Part shown: piece after piece, positions 40,258-50,394 of the stretch | Numbering within the stretch: the first letter of the stretch is position 1 | Layout of the letters: each line of letters opens with the position of its first letter | Assembly: GCA_023227985.1 (NCBI GenBank) | Contig: JALOCB010000008.1 | Location: 1 to 62,230 of the forward strand | Reading direction: 5' to 3' | DNA length: 62,230 nucleotides | From: Candidatus Omnitrophota bacterium | Lineage (GTDB): Bacteria; Omnitrophota; Gorgyraeia; Gygaellales; Profunditerraquicolaceae | The notes under the pieces: generated by a model | Seen by the model: only the letters and a program-made list of their open reading frames with translations | Database searches by the model: none | Told to the model about the DNA's origin: nothing | Translations under genes and position numbers: made by a program

Positions 40258-42459
40258 TTAACCTGCTTGTTTGCCCGGCATAACCTGATTCTTCAGCCAC
40301 TCATCCCGATCCACCAGCAGCCTCCTGGGCTTGCTTCCCTCGTAAGGGCCTACAATACCGTCCTCTTCCATCATATCGATCATCCGGGCGGCGCGGGTAT
40401 AACCAAGGCGCATCCTTCTCTGCAATATCGAAACAGACGCCTGATTGCTCTCGATGACCACCCGGACCGCCTCGTCATAGAGATCGTCTTTCTCGGTGCT
40501 CACGCTGCCTGATCTGGACGGATCTTTTAATACCTCTTCATTATATACCGGTTCAGCCTGCGCCTTTATAAAATCGACTACTCTTTCAATCTCCTTATCC
40601 GTGACCAAAGCGCCCTGCGCGCGGACAATCTTCGCGTCCTGAGGCTTGAGAAAAAGCATATCCCCTCTGCCCAGCAGTTTATCCGCTCCGTTCATATCCA
40701 AGACTGTCCTGGAATCAACCTTGGAAGCGACTTTAAAAGAGATGCGCGCCGGAAGATTTGCCTTGATAACGCCGGTTATTACGTCGACAGACGGCCTCTG
40801 GGTAGCTAAAACCAGGTGGATCCCCACTGCCCGGGAAAGCTGGGCCAGACGGGTAACCGCGCTTTCAACCTGGTCGCGGGCGACCATCATCAGATCGGCG
40901 AATTCATCGATCAAAACGACTATATAAGGCATCCACTCCTTAGGCTGTTTTTCATTGTAGGCGATAATATTGCGCGCCCCGGCTTCAGCCAGAAGGCGAT
41001 ATCTATGCTCCATTTCATTGACCACCCAATTCAATACCCCGGCGGCTTTTTTGGATTCGGTAACCACAGGGCAAAGTAAATGCGGCAGTCCGTTAAAAGG
41101 CGCCAGCTCCACCATTTTCGGGTCGATCATCACCATCTTGAGTTCATTGGGGGAACACTTCCAAAGCAAGGATAGGATCACTGAATTGACGCATACGGTC
41201 TTACCCGCTCCGGTAGTCCCGGCTATTAAAAGATGCGGCATCTGGTCCAGATAGCCGACCACCGGAGCGCCGGCAATATCCTTACCCAGTGAAATAGTCA
41301 ATTTTGACTTCGCGTCCTGGAACTCCTTCGCGGCAAGCAACTCTTTTAGGTAGACCAGGGTGCTTTGCATATTGGGAACCTCCACCCCGACCCTAGCCTT
41401 GCCCGGAATAGGAGCCACGATCCTGACCGACTGCGCCTTCATCGCCAAAGCGATATCATCGCCTAAAGCGACTATGCGGTTAAGCTTGACCCCGGGAGCA
41501 GGCTCGAGTTCATACCGGGTTATTATCGGCCCGCGCTCGATATCCGTGACCTTGACCGCGATCCCAAAATCCTCCAGCGTATCCTGCAGGACACGGGCAT
41601 TATTGGTCAAGTCCTCTTTTATCTGCCTGGCCTCTAAAGGCGGCGGCGAATCCAAAAGGTCCAATCCGGGCAAACGATAATCCCCGATCAACACCTCTTT
41701 GGGTCTAGGCTTAGGGTTTTCAGAAGCGGGCTTATCCGTTTCGGCCTTGATCTTCACTTTCGGTTTTATGATACCCGGCTTTTCTATCGCCTCTTCAGCG
41801 AGGTCAACGGGCTTAACCTCGGCGATCCGGGGCTTTATGATCTTATCCCGAAGCGCTTTTTTCCCTGAGATGATCTTTTTGATCAACCCCTGGCTTTCGG
41901 ATCTTTTCTTCCAGAAAGGAACAAACACGAGTTTAGCCTTATCCACCGAATTCACCAGAAACGTGGAGATCATTATCTCGGTCACCAGCGCCAACGACAA
42001 AAGTATAAGTGTGATAAAAAGGATATACCCGCCGAGCTGCCCGAAATAGTTATTAATGAACCGCGAGATAATGAAACCCAAAAAACCGGCGTGGTAGAAG
42101 CTTACCGAGGCGTCTTTTATGATGATCAAACCAATAAGCGAACCGCAGGAAACAGCCAAAAGTCCCAGTCCGATCATCCGGGGGATACTTAAATAGGGGG
42201 GGTCATTCCTGAAGAGCTTTATCCCTGCCCAGAGCAGAAACAACTGCATGATAAAACAGGCCCATCTGCCGAAAAAAAAGATTATTATCCAACCCAGATA
42301 GGCGCCGAAAGTCCTGATCAAATTATGCGGGGGGACATTGGGGTGCGAAGAATGGAAACCGAGATCATTAGGGTCAAAAGATAAAAGGCTGGCTAGAACA
42401 ATAAGCCCTGCGGCAACAAGAAGAATGCCTTTAAACTCATTGATCCTCTTCTCTTTCAC
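40258..42459 (-). CDS. ftsK: DNA translocase FtsK/SpoIIIE
   Basis: 733 aa. N-terminal polytopic domain, a linker, a motor domain with Walker A GTTGAGKT, and a C-terminal gamma winged helix (SILQRRMRLGYTRAARMID). Confidence 0.93.
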   Translation of the reverse strand: MKEKRINEFKGILLVAAGLIVLASLLSFDPNDLGFHSSHPNVPPHNLIRTFGAYLGWIIIFFFGRWACFIMQLFLLWAGIKLFRNDPPYLSIPRMIGLGLLAVSCGSLIGLIIIKDASVSFYHAGFLGFIISRFINNYFGQLGGYILFITLILLSLALVTEIMISTFLVNSVDKAKLVFVPFWKKRSESQGLIKKIISGKKALRDKIIKPRIAEVKPVDLAEEAIEKPGIIKPKVKIKAETDKPASENPKPRPKEVLIGDYRLPGLDLLDSPPPLEARQIKEDLTNNARVLQDTLEDFGIAVKVTDIERGPIITRYELEPAPGVKLNRIVALGDDIALAMKAQSVRIVAPIPGKARVGVEVPNMQSTLVYLKELLAAKEFQDAKSKLTISLGKDIAGAPVVGYLDQMPHLLIAGTTGAGKTVCVNSVILSLLWKCSPNELKMVMIDPKMVELAPFNGLPHLLCPVVTESKKAAGVLNWVVNEMEHRYRLLAEAGARNIIAYNEKQPKEWMPYIVVLIDEFADLMMVARDQVESAVTRLAQLSRAVGIHLVLATQRPSVDVITGVIKANLPARISFKVASKVDSRTVLDMNGADKLLGRGDMLFLKPQDAKIVRAQGALVTDKEIERVVDFIKAQAEPVYNEEVLKDPSRSGSVSTEKDDLYDEAVRVVIESNQASVSILQRRMRLGYTRAARMIDMMEEDGIVGPYEGSKPRRLLVDRDEWLKNQVMPGKQAG

Positions 42460-44549
42460 TTTTTGTCGGTTTCTTCTGCTTTTTTCTTGCTGAGGTTGAT
42501 CCTGCCTAATTCATCTATCTCAACCACCTTCACTTTGAATTCATCTCCGACCTTTACCACGCTGTTCACATCCTTGACGAATTTCTCCGCCAATTCCGAA
42601 ACGTGGACCAGTCCCTCTTTACCCGGCGCTATCTCGCAAAAAGCCCCGAAGGTAGTGACCCTCTTGACTTTCGCCGGATATATCCTGCCCACTTCCACAT
42701 CGTCGGTGATCGCCTTGATCATCGAAATAGCGGCCTGGGATTTATTCACGTCGTTGGAAGCGACCAAAACAGTTCCGTCATCATCTATATCGATGCTGGC
42801 GCCGGTGGCCGCGATGATCTGCTTAATGGTCTTTCCGCCCGGACCGATGACCGCGCCGATCTTCTCGGTATTGATCTTTATCTTATCGATCCTGGGCGCG
42901 TACACCGATAAGGCGCTGCGCGGCTTTTCAAGGCACGCGGTAATCTTATCCAGGATGAAAAACCTGGCTTTTTTGGCCTGGGACAAAGCGTTCTTGAGCA
43001 GCTCCAGGTCTATGCCGTCGATCTTAAGGTCCAGCTGCACCGCGGTCATGCCGGTCTTGGTCCCGGCGACCTTAAAGTCCATATCCCCGAAATGATCTTC
43101 CACTCCGGCGATATCGGTCAGGATGACCGCTTTATTCCCCTCCTTGACCAGGCCCATAGCTATGCCGCTTACCGGTTCTTTGATCGGTACGCCCGCGTCC
43201 ATCAAGGAAAGACTGGCCGCGCATACCGTGGCCATGCTCGAAGACCCGTTTGATTCCAGTATCTCGGAAACAACCCTTACAGTATAAGGGAATTGCTCTT
43301 TAGTGGGCATTACAGCCAACAAGGCCCGTTCAGCCAGAGCGCCGTGCCCGATCTCCCGGCGTCCGGGACCGCGCATAGGCTTGGTCTCGCCAACGCTGAA
43401 AGGCGGAAAACAGTAATGCAGCATAAAATTCTTGTATTTCTCCCCTTCCAGGGATTCGATCATCTGCTCGTCATCTCCGGTACCCAGCGTGATCACTGCC
43501 AGGCTCTGGGTCTGTCCGCGGGTAAAAAGCGCGGAGCCATGGGTGCGCGGCAGGAACGACGCCTCACAGCTTATCGGCCGGATCTCTTCGAAACCGCGCC
43601 CGTCGACGCGCACCTTATCGTCCACGATCATTTTGCGCACTTCCGCTTCTTCAACTTCAACCAAAGCCGTTTTTATATCCAGGTCCGAAAAGCCCTCGGC
43701 GGTCAGAGAAGCCTGCAGCTCTTTCGATAAAAGCTCTATACCGTCTTCCCGGTCCTCTTTCTTGGTTAACTTATAAACCTGGCGTAAACGCTCCATTGCC
43801 AGGCCCTGGACCTTTTCCATCAATGCCGGGTCGATCTTTTTATACGCCGGTTCGATCTTGGCTTTGCCGAATTCCTTGGCGAATTCTTCCTGAAAACGGA
43901 TAATATCCTGTATATGTTCATACGCGAATTTAACCGCGTCAAAGTAGACCTCTTCCGAGACCTCTTTACACTTTGATTCCAGCATGACCACGCCTTTTTT
44001 ATTGGCTACCACGATCAAATCAAGGTCGGAAACGCTGGTCTGGGCATAGGTGGGATTCAGGATAAATCCCGATTCATTCCTGGCTACCCGGCAGCAGCCT
44101 ATCGGCCCGGCGAACGGTATATCGGAAATGCAAAGGGCGGCTGACGCGCCGTTAACGGCCATTATATCCGGGTCATTTTCCGCGTCGCTGGACAAAACCA
44201 GGGCCACTATCTGAACCTCGTTCAAAAAACCTTTAGGAAAAAGCGGACGGATAGGCCTGTCGATAAGCCGGGATGTCAATATCTCATTCTCCGACGGCTT
44301 GCCTTCACGCTTAAAGAAACCGCCGGGGATCCTTCCCGCGGCATATGTCTTTTCCTGGTATTCCACGGTCAAAGGAAAGAAATCCTGGCCTTCCCTGATC
44401 TTAGCGGACACGCAGGCAGTGACCAACACAACGGTACCGCCGTATTCCACCACGACCGAACCATTGGCCTGTTTAGCCACCTTACCTGTTTTAAGATTGA
44501 AATCCTGGTCCCCGAATTTAATGCTCTTCGCGTTTTCTTTCATAATCAT
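42456..44549 (-). CDS. pnp: Polyribonucleotide nucleotidyltransferase (PNPase)
   Basis: 697 aa. Two RNase PH domains, then KH (GPGGKTIKQI) and S1 (GRIYPAKVKRVTTFGAFCEI) domains. Follows rpsO as usual. Confidence 0.95.
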   Translation of the reverse strand: MIMKENAKSIKFGDQDFNLKTGKVAKQANGSVVVEYGGTVVLVTACVSAKIREGQDFFPLTVEYQEKTYAAGRIPGGFFKREGKPSENEILTSRLIDRPIRPLFPKGFLNEVQIVALVLSSDAENDPDIMAVNGASAALCISDIPFAGPIGCCRVARNESGFILNPTYAQTSVSDLDLIVVANKKGVVMLESKCKEVSEEVYFDAVKFAYEHIQDIIRFQEEFAKEFGKAKIEPAYKKIDPALMEKVQGLAMERLRQVYKLTKKEDREDGIELLSKELQASLTAEGFSDLDIKTALVEVEEAEVRKMIVDDKVRVDGRGFEEIRPISCEASFLPRTHGSALFTRGQTQSLAVITLGTGDDEQMIESLEGEKYKNFMLHYCFPPFSVGETKPMRGPGRREIGHGALAERALLAVMPTKEQFPYTVRVVSEILESNGSSSMATVCAASLSLMDAGVPIKEPVSGIAMGLVKEGNKAVILTDIAGVEDHFGDMDFKVAGTKTGMTAVQLDLKIDGIDLELLKNALSQAKKARFFILDKITACLEKPRSALSVYAPRIDKIKINTEKIGAVIGPGGKTIKQIIAATGASIDIDDDGTVLVASNDVNKSQAAISMIKAITDDVEVGRIYPAKVKRVTTFGAFCEIAPGKEGLVHVSELAEKFVKDVNSVVKVGDEFKVKVVEIDELGRINLSKKKAEETDKK

Positions 44550-44608
44550 CCTATTCTTTCTAAGGCTTCTTGATGTGCTCTGTTGGCGAGGATATAAAGG
44601 TATGGCAG

Positions 44609-44878
44609 CTATTTCCTCAGATTAAGTTTGTCCAGGAGTTCCTGGTATTTAGTGCTGTCTTTCTTCTTAAAATAATTAAGAAGCCGGCGGCGTTTCCCGA
44701 CCAGGACCAAGAGCCCGCGGCGGGAATGGAAATCTTTCTTATGAAGCTTGAAATGATCAGTTAAAAGATTGATCCTCTCAGTCAAAAGCGCTATCTGCAC
44801 CTGCGCTGATCCGGTATCCTGATTATGTCCTTTAAAACTATCGATTATTTTTTTCTTCTTCTCAACGACTAAAACCAA
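44609..44878 (-). CDS. rpsO: 30S ribosomal protein S15
   Basis: [37 protein letters not shown] is canonical S15. I place the start at the TTG at 44878, 8 nt after GGAGG, which gives the canonical 89 aa. The ORF-track GTG at 44887 overlaps the SD. Confidence 0.9.
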   Translation of the reverse strand: MVLVVEKKKKIIDSFKGHNQDTGSAQVQIALLTERINLLTDHFKLHKKDFHSRRGLLVLVGKRRRLLNYFKKKDSTKYQELLDKLNLRK

Positions 44879-44913
44879 TCTTGTCACCTCCTTAATTAAC
44901 TTCTTTTGGATCC

Positions 44914-44942
44914 ATTATATGTTATTTCCCGGCTCAAGTCAA
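44914..44942 (-). promoter_or_regulatory. Sigma70-type promoter of rpsO-pnp
   Basis: The minus strand reads TTGACT, a 17-nt spacer, then TATAAT. The -35 is at 44937-44942 and the -10 at 44914-44919. Confidence 0.6.
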
Positions 44943-44976
44943 TAGCTTCCTCAGGCCGATTACTGATTATAGCATA

Positions 44977-45546
44977 TTATTCGGACTTTAACAGAATTAT
45001 TTTTGATATCAAAAGGCTGCATTTCAAGGTATCGCTTTCTTTGGATTTAACCGAGATCTGCATTTTTTCGGTCTTCAGGAGCTTCTTGGATGTTTCAATC
45101 GCGTAAATGAATTCGATAAGGCGCCTAAGCTCGCCCTCGCAATTCAGGGTAACCGTGTATTCCTTGGAGGTAGCGCTCTGCTTGACCGTACCGGGCTTCA
45201 TATCCAAAAGATAAACCGTGGATTTATTAGCCAGGGTCTCCACCTCCTTCATTAAGGAAGACATCTCCTCCTCGGCCGAGCCCTCCTTGGTAAAGAAAGA
45301 CCTATATTGGGCGCTTTCCAGCTCAATGCGCTCTTTCTCTCCCAATATGCGCAGATCCACCTTTATTGCCGCCTCTTTCTCCGTTATCTGCTTATCCAAA
45401 GACTGCAACTTTGAGGAAATAGGGGCGATTATCAGCCGGTCGAACAAAGCCATCAGGACAAATATCCCCGCGGCGTAAAACTTCATTTTATCGCGCTTAG
45501 GCAGATGCGCCAGGAACGCGTATATATCCTGTATCTTTTTCATCAT
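44977..45546 (-). CDS. PilO/GspM-like bitopic assembly protein
   Basis: About 189 aa from MMKKIQD. One TM helix (FYAAGIFVLMALF), a coiled coil and a C-terminal ferredoxin-like region. ATGA start/stop overlap with the upstream PilMN gene. Called by topology and position. Confidence 0.55.
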   Translation of the reverse strand: MMKKIQDIYAFLAHLPKRDKMKFYAAGIFVLMALFDRLIIAPISSKLQSLDKQITEKEAAIKVDLRILGEKERIELESAQYRSFFTKEGSAEEEMSSLMKEVETLANKSTVYLLDMKPGTVKQSATSKEYTVTLNCEGELRRLIEFIYAIETSKKLLKTEKMQISVKSKESDTLKCSLLISKIILLKSE

Positions 45547-47030
45547 CAATGCCCCGCCACTTTCTTCAACAGGCAATTGATCTCAAAATCGACGATATCC
45601 TTGCCCGCCTCTTTCCTTTTGGTGGTATATTTGGTCTTGACTTCTTTAAAATATTTCGATTTGGCCATGCTGTCGACAAAGGAAAATACCGTAGACATCG
45701 ATAATGCCGTACCTTTTGTGGTCAGCCTGCCCTGCTCGTCAGCCCGGATATCGCTGAATTCCAGGTCTTCCGGCATGATCTGGGATAATTCCCGGATCAC
45801 TTCCAGCAGGCTTCCCTGACCGGAAAAATACTTGCGCATGGTATTTATGCCGACCAGTTCCTTTTCCAGCTTAAGCGTATCCTTGTTCAACGATAGGTAT
45901 TTATCGTTCAACACGTTCAGGTAAGCGCCTTTAAAATATATCCTGGTCAACATAATAAAGAAAACCAGCGTGAACGCTGCCAGGAAAAGCATCCCCACCA
46001 GAGCAAGATCCCTTCCCCGCTGTTCCAAGACCTGCTTTAATTTCAATTCCTCCGGAATAAGGTTGACTTTTACTTCATCGCAGGCCAAGAGCCCGCAGAT
46101 CAGGCTGAATAAAGAATAATCCTTTTCTTTCGCGATGAAATCCTGGACAGCCGGTGAAGACACTATGCCTTTCGCGTAAGAGACGACCTTTACCGGCAGG
46201 CCGAACGCCTCCCCCAGGATATTCTCAAAGTCCGCGACCCCTTCTACCGCGCCCGAGATAAAGAGCCTTTCTACATTGCGCTCTATATCCTCGTTCTGAT
46301 ATGCCTCCAGGGATTTACGCACCTCTTCGCTGAACTTGACCAGGCTTTTCTCGTTATCGCTGACCAGATGCTGCCTGCCGATAGGTATAGACCTGACGAA
46401 TATTACCCTGCCTTTAAGAATAACATTGAAATCGGTAAAATCCGAATCGATATGGATGAGCCCCACAGGAGCGCTGTGCGATTCCAGCCTCAATATCCTG
46501 TTTGACGCCCAGGCCAGCCCCTCCGGGGCAAAGAGCACTTTTTTTATCCTTAACCCGGCCTTTTCCAGCATCTCCAGCTGTTTCCGGACTATCTTGGAAT
46601 TAATGATGACCATAAGTATCTTGGTGTAATTTTTCTTATAAACGCCGATATCGATATGATCGACGATGACCTCTTCGCGCGAATAAGGGGTATGCCGTCC
46701 CGCCTGCAGGCTGATGATCTCCTTTATTTCCTGGGGATTGACCGACGGGACTTCAATATTCTTGGTGATCACCACCTGGGATGAGATCACAGTGATGATC
46801 TCAGGGGCCCTGGCTTTAGTTCCGGAGTAAAAATCAAGTATAGCCTTGACGATATCGGCGTCAGCCAGACCGGTCGTCGGCACGATCTTGACGCTGACCA
46901 GCTCTTTCTTCTGCCGGCTCATCCGCATAAAACATAGTCTCAGGGTATTGACGCTGAAATCTATGCCGACCACCTCGCGGATCTTCGCCCCGAAAGGGCT
47001 CTTTATATTCCTCATTGGACCATTGGACAT
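45546..47030 (-). CDS. PilM-PilN fusion (GspL-like inner-membrane assembly protein)
   Basis: 494 aa. N-terminal actin-like PilM fold (VVGIDFSVNTLRL...). This is followed by the PilN hallmark VNLIPEE, a TM helix (LALVGMLFLAAFTLVFFIML) and a periplasmic domain. Confidence 0.7.
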   Translation of the reverse strand: MSNGPMRNIKSPFGAKIREVVGIDFSVNTLRLCFMRMSRQKKELVSVKIVPTTGLADADIVKAILDFYSGTKARAPEIITVISSQVVITKNIEVPSVNPQEIKEIISLQAGRHTPYSREEVIVDHIDIGVYKKNYTKILMVIINSKIVRKQLEMLEKAGLRIKKVLFAPEGLAWASNRILRLESHSAPVGLIHIDSDFTDFNVILKGRVIFVRSIPIGRQHLVSDNEKSLVKFSEEVRKSLEAYQNEDIERNVERLFISGAVEGVADFENILGEAFGLPVKVVSYAKGIVSSPAVQDFIAKEKDYSLFSLICGLLACDEVKVNLIPEELKLKQVLEQRGRDLALVGMLFLAAFTLVFFIMLTRIYFKGAYLNVLNDKYLSLNKDTLKLEKELVGINTMRKYFSGQGSLLEVIRELSQIMPEDLEFSDIRADEQGRLTTKGTALSMSTVFSFVDSMAKSKYFKEVKTKYTTKRKEAGKDIVDFEINCLLKKVAGH

Positions 47031-47033
47031 CTT

Positions 47034-48074
47034 TTATCCTTCCCTGCAGTATAAAACCCGGCCCGACCGGTCGATCACGAAATCGATCTCATTCGTATCC
47101 CTGCGGCTGTTAAGCCTGGCCCGGCTTTTGCCCCTGAAGACACTCGAGCGGACAGTTATCGACTGCGTTACCACGGAACTAAGCGCGGCTATTTGATTTA
47201 CCGTCATACTGTAATTCCGGCTCAATTCAGGGACGATATTGCCGATACTCTCGAAATAGTTATCATCCGCGGTCAGGTTTATTCCGTCCTTCCCCGCGCG
47301 AAAAAACATTATATTCTCCGCCACATTCGCATCTATGCCCAGAGCCATTAATACCGTCTTAGGCGCGGTATTGATGTTGACCTTGCCGCTGCTATAAATT
47401 GTAATATAAGCTTTTATTTTCTCAAAGATATTTTCATTGAATCCCCGCACAAGAAGCAATTCCTCCAGGACCTGTAATCCGGCGTCTTTGGATTCATAAG
47501 GATATATCCCGGAACGGTAAAAGCTGTCTTCCGCGCTCCTGTCGGAAAGGATCAGGCTGCTGTCTGCGTCGCGCCAATCCATAACCGAGGCAGCCAGGCC
47601 TTCGGCGTCGGATTCATCCGCGTTCAGGGCTAAATAAAAAAGCCGTTTCAAGACCTTAAAATCAACGGCGTTTATGTTCACCCTGCTTTCTTCATCGACC
47701 ATTCCGTAGCGCCTGCGCACCTCGCCTGAACCGGAGTCCGTATAGTCATAATAGATATCGAATACCCCGTCGGACATCGCGACGTTGCGAAAGGCGCCGG
47801 GATTATCGCACCAAGGGTCGTTCAGGGCGTCATAATCTTTTTCGTCTTCCTTCCTCAATTCCACGGCGGCCTTGATCATGCCCGCCTGGGCTATAAGATG
47901 CAATTTACCGCGCTCCTCAAGCCTTTTTATCAGGACCAGCTTCTGCCTGACCTGATAACCGATGATCACGGCAAAGGCGGAAAGAATGCACAATGACCAG
48001 AGCGCGACGATCAATATCAAGCCTTTATTTCCCTGCCGGGGCCTGCGCCCCGGGCCCAATATGCCCCTGCTCAT
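47034..48074 (-). CDS. gspK: GspK-like minor pseudopilin
   Basis: 346 aa. Hydrophobic N-terminus GLILIVALWSLCILSAFAV without the Glu5. VNINAVD, MDWRDAD, LEELLLVRGF and VNINTAPKTVLMALG are GspK-type blocks. Confidence 0.72.
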   Translation of the reverse strand: MSRGILGPGRRPRQGNKGLILIVALWSLCILSAFAVIIGYQVRQKLVLIKRLEERGKLHLIAQAGMIKAAVELRKEDEKDYDALNDPWCDNPGAFRNVAMSDGVFDIYYDYTDSGSGEVRRRYGMVDEESRVNINAVDFKVLKRLFYLALNADESDAEGLAASVMDWRDADSSLILSDRSAEDSFYRSGIYPYESKDAGLQVLEELLLVRGFNENIFEKIKAYITIYSSGKVNINTAPKTVLMALGIDANVAENIMFFRAGKDGINLTADDNYFESIGNIVPELSRNYSMTVNQIAALSSVVTQSITVRSSVFRGKSRARLNSRRDTNEIDFVIDRSGRVLYCREG

Positions 48075-48679
48075 TCTTTCAACTCCCCGCTGACCGGAAT
48101 ACTCACTGTTTTATTGAACGCATATCCCCCGGACCCCGAACCCAGCCCCAACTCCATCCGGACCGCGTCAGGAAGCCTGTCCGCCGTGTTCTCCTCGCTC
48201 CAGGAATATTCTTTTTTCTGCTTATCGAAAACGCGGTAACTGAATTTACAGGAATTTATCCCGGTTAACGCATGATCCGGAGTTACACGGACATCCAGGT
48301 AGCTCTGGGAATAATCCATCTGGCTCCTGGTCAACACCTTGTTCTGCCGATCATACGCGTAAACGACTTTGCCGGGGATATTTATCCGCGCGATAGGACT
48401 TTTGACCAATGCCGGAATAGTCAGGCTGTCCTGTTGCCCGGTAAAACCGATGCCGGTGAATTCAAAGCTGTTGGCTATATCCGCGGCAAATCTCTCCAGG
48501 AATATATTCAGGTCTTCGTTGACCTTAAGCGTATCCATCCGCTGCCACAGCCTTATTCCGCTGAAAAGTGTCGAATGGATCACCAGGGAGATCACCGCCA
48601 TCATCCCGCAGACGACCAGCAATTCGATAAGGGTGAAACCCCTCTTATTATTTTGTCTTGTTCTGGTCATATCTCGCAT
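48071..48679 (-). CDS. Minor pseudopilin with prepilin-type N-terminal methylation motif (GspJ-like size)
   Basis: 202 aa. KRG/FTLIELLVV cleavage/methylation motif. Confidence 0.7.
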   Translation of the reverse strand: MRDMTRTRQNNKRGFTLIELLVVCGMMAVISLVIHSTLFSGIRLWQRMDTLKVNEDLNIFLERFAADIANSFEFTGIGFTGQQDSLTIPALVKSPIARINIPGKVVYAYDRQNKVLTRSQMDYSQSYLDVRVTPDHALTGINSCKFSYRVFDKQKKEYSWSEENTADRLPDAVRMELGLGSGSGGYAFNKTVSIPVSGELKE

Positions 48680-49070
48680 AGGCGGTCCGGGAAAACCCGA
48701 CGCCCCTTATACCGGCTTTCCATTTGACATCCTGGGTTACCTGATACAGATATTCGCTTTCATCTGCCAGAAAATAACTTAAATCCAATTCAAAATCCTT
48801 CTTGCCGACGGTAAAATTACCTTCAGTCTCCAATATGGCATCCGGACCCGATGACTCCAACGCGTCCCGGGCAAGCCACATTTTTTCGTTCGCCTGCGGC
48901 AGGGCGTTCAAATAATTATCGCAGTATTTAAACGTATCCAGGCAAATGAACAAAGCCTGGTACACGCAGACCAGTCCGAAAGACAGGACCGCGGCTGTGA
49001 CCATTATCTCCACCAGGGTGAAACCCCGCGATCTTTTATTCCCAGTTATTGACGTCATCGCTGCTCTCAA
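48648..49070 (-). CDS. Minor pseudopilin with prepilin-type N-terminal methylation motif (GspH/I-like size)
   Basis: 140 aa. SRG/FTLVEIMV motif. The true start may be the internal Met at 49058. Confidence 0.7.
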   Translation of the reverse strand: MRAAMTSITGNKRSRGFTLVEIMVTAAVLSFGLVCVYQALFICLDTFKYCDNYLNALPQANEKMWLARDALESSGPDAILETEGNFTVGKKDFELDLSYFLADESEYLYQVTQDVKWKAGIRGVGFSRTAYARYDQNKTK

Positions 49071-49443
49071 TCCCGTCCCTGCCTAATGAATAAAGGTCGT
49101 AATCGTTGGTCCGGTGCTCTCCGGGATATCTGTATTTATATTCCCTGCCCCAGGGGTCGACGGGCTTCTTCTCCAGATACGGCCCATGCCAGGTATTGGA
49201 GCTGGCGGGCTTGTTCAACAAGGCGCCCAAGCCTTCTTCGTTAGTGGGGAATTCCCCGTTATCCAGTTCATAAAGCTTCAGGGCTGTGGCAATGTTGGAT
49301 TGAATATCCACCTTGGCAGCTGTCGTCCGGGCCTGTTCGCCCCTGCCGGTAAACCTGGGCATAACCATTGCCGCCAGCGCGCCGATAATCATAACCACCA
49401 GCATAAGCTCGATCAAAGTAAACCCTTTTTTAGAATATGACAT
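49036..49443 (-). CDS. gspG: Major pseudopilin GspG
   Basis: KKG/FTLIELMLVVMIIG, ...ALKLYELDNGEFPT...LL.KP...W.GPYL...P.DPWGREYKYRYPGEH.DYDLYSLGRDG is a near-textbook GspG. Start taken at the ATG at 49443, 5 nt after GGAGG. Confidence 0.88.
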   Translation of the reverse strand: MSYSKKGFTLIELMLVVMIIGALAAMVMPRFTGRGEQARTTAAKVDIQSNIATALKLYELDNGEFPTNEEGLGALLNKPASSNTWHGPYLEKKPVDPWGREYKYRYPGEHRTNDYDLYSLGRDGIESSDDVNNWE

Positions 49444-49463
49444 CTTCGCCTCCATTTTAAAGA

Positions 49464-50390
49464 TCACCCGCTTTCAGCGACATACTTCACCCACTCGTCC
49501 TCGAACTCCTCAAGGCTGCGGATATGCGTATAATAGACCGAGAGTATCGCATCCTTAACCTCCTTGCCGTCGCGCAGCTGGCGGCAGAATTCGGCAAAAG
49601 ATTCCGAGCCGTATTTATTGATCATAAACCCGGCCAGAGAAGCAGCCTGGATATAATAAGTGTTCACCAGTATTTCCCCGGTAAGGAACATTACCACCGG
49701 TTCGCCTTTTAAAGAGCGCGATTGGCGCATATACACATTATCCTTGGTCACTATATGCCGGACATCCAGCCCCATCATATCTTCCAGAGAGAGAAAAGAA
49801 TTCTTGTTCAGCAAGTCCCTGGCGTAAGCGCTTAATTCCCCCCTCTTCTTCTCTTCTTCCCATTGGGCCACCCCCTCATCCAGCCAGAGAGGGATATCGC
49901 TTTTGAACCCGACAAAATCGCGGAAGATAAGATGCGCGATCTCATGCGGCAATACCGAATACAGAAAACCCCTGCTGCCGTAAAAACCCAGGATCTTTTT
50001 ATTTGTGTAATCGGCCATGCCTTCGGACCAGTAAGGCTGGCTGCTGGCCTTTATGAAAGAATCCTTGTCGGGATAAAGATAGATCTTTACCCGCTTGTCC
50101 CAGGTCCAGAATTCCGAATAACGCGGATAGCCCAAGTCAATGGCGATCCTGCCATAATAGATCTCAGCCCGGCGCGCTACTTCTTTGCCGAAATCCTCTA
50201 TACGGGACTTATTGGATGAACGTGCATCCTGCGGATAAGAATGATAAACAATGAAATGGTCCCCTTTTATCTCCTGCCATTGCTGGCAGGCCGCCGGTTG
50301 CGGCTCAGATAAAATGAACAATGCGGCTAAAAAAAGGATACTGTTCTTGAGCATCTTACGGACGGGGATATCGGTAAAAGGCATTTTCAC
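49464..50390 (-). CDS. Secreted HExxH metallopeptidase, peptidase-MA-like, copy 2
   Basis: 308 aa with a signal peptide. HEIAH is encoded at 49932-49946, followed by PLWLDEGVAQWEE. Shares block order with 10575-11360 (QW..K..HF.VY.., LPHEI.H.IFR.FVGF, PLW.DEGVA, F..FC..LRD). Confidence 0.7.
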   Translation of the reverse strand: MKMPFTDIPVRKMLKNSILFLAALFILSEPQPAACQQWQEIKGDHFIVYHSYPQDARSSNKSRIEDFGKEVARRAEIYYGRIAIDLGYPRYSEFWTWDKRVKIYLYPDKDSFIKASSQPYWSEGMADYTNKKILGFYGSRGFLYSVLPHEIAHLIFRDFVGFKSDIPLWLDEGVAQWEEEKKRGELSAYARDLLNKNSFLSLEDMMGLDVRHIVTKDNVYMRQSRSLKGEPVVMFLTGEILVNTYYIQAASLAGFMINKYGSESFAEFCRQLRDGKEVKDAILSVYYTHIRSLEEFEDEWVKYVAESG

Positions 50391-50394
50391 GAAT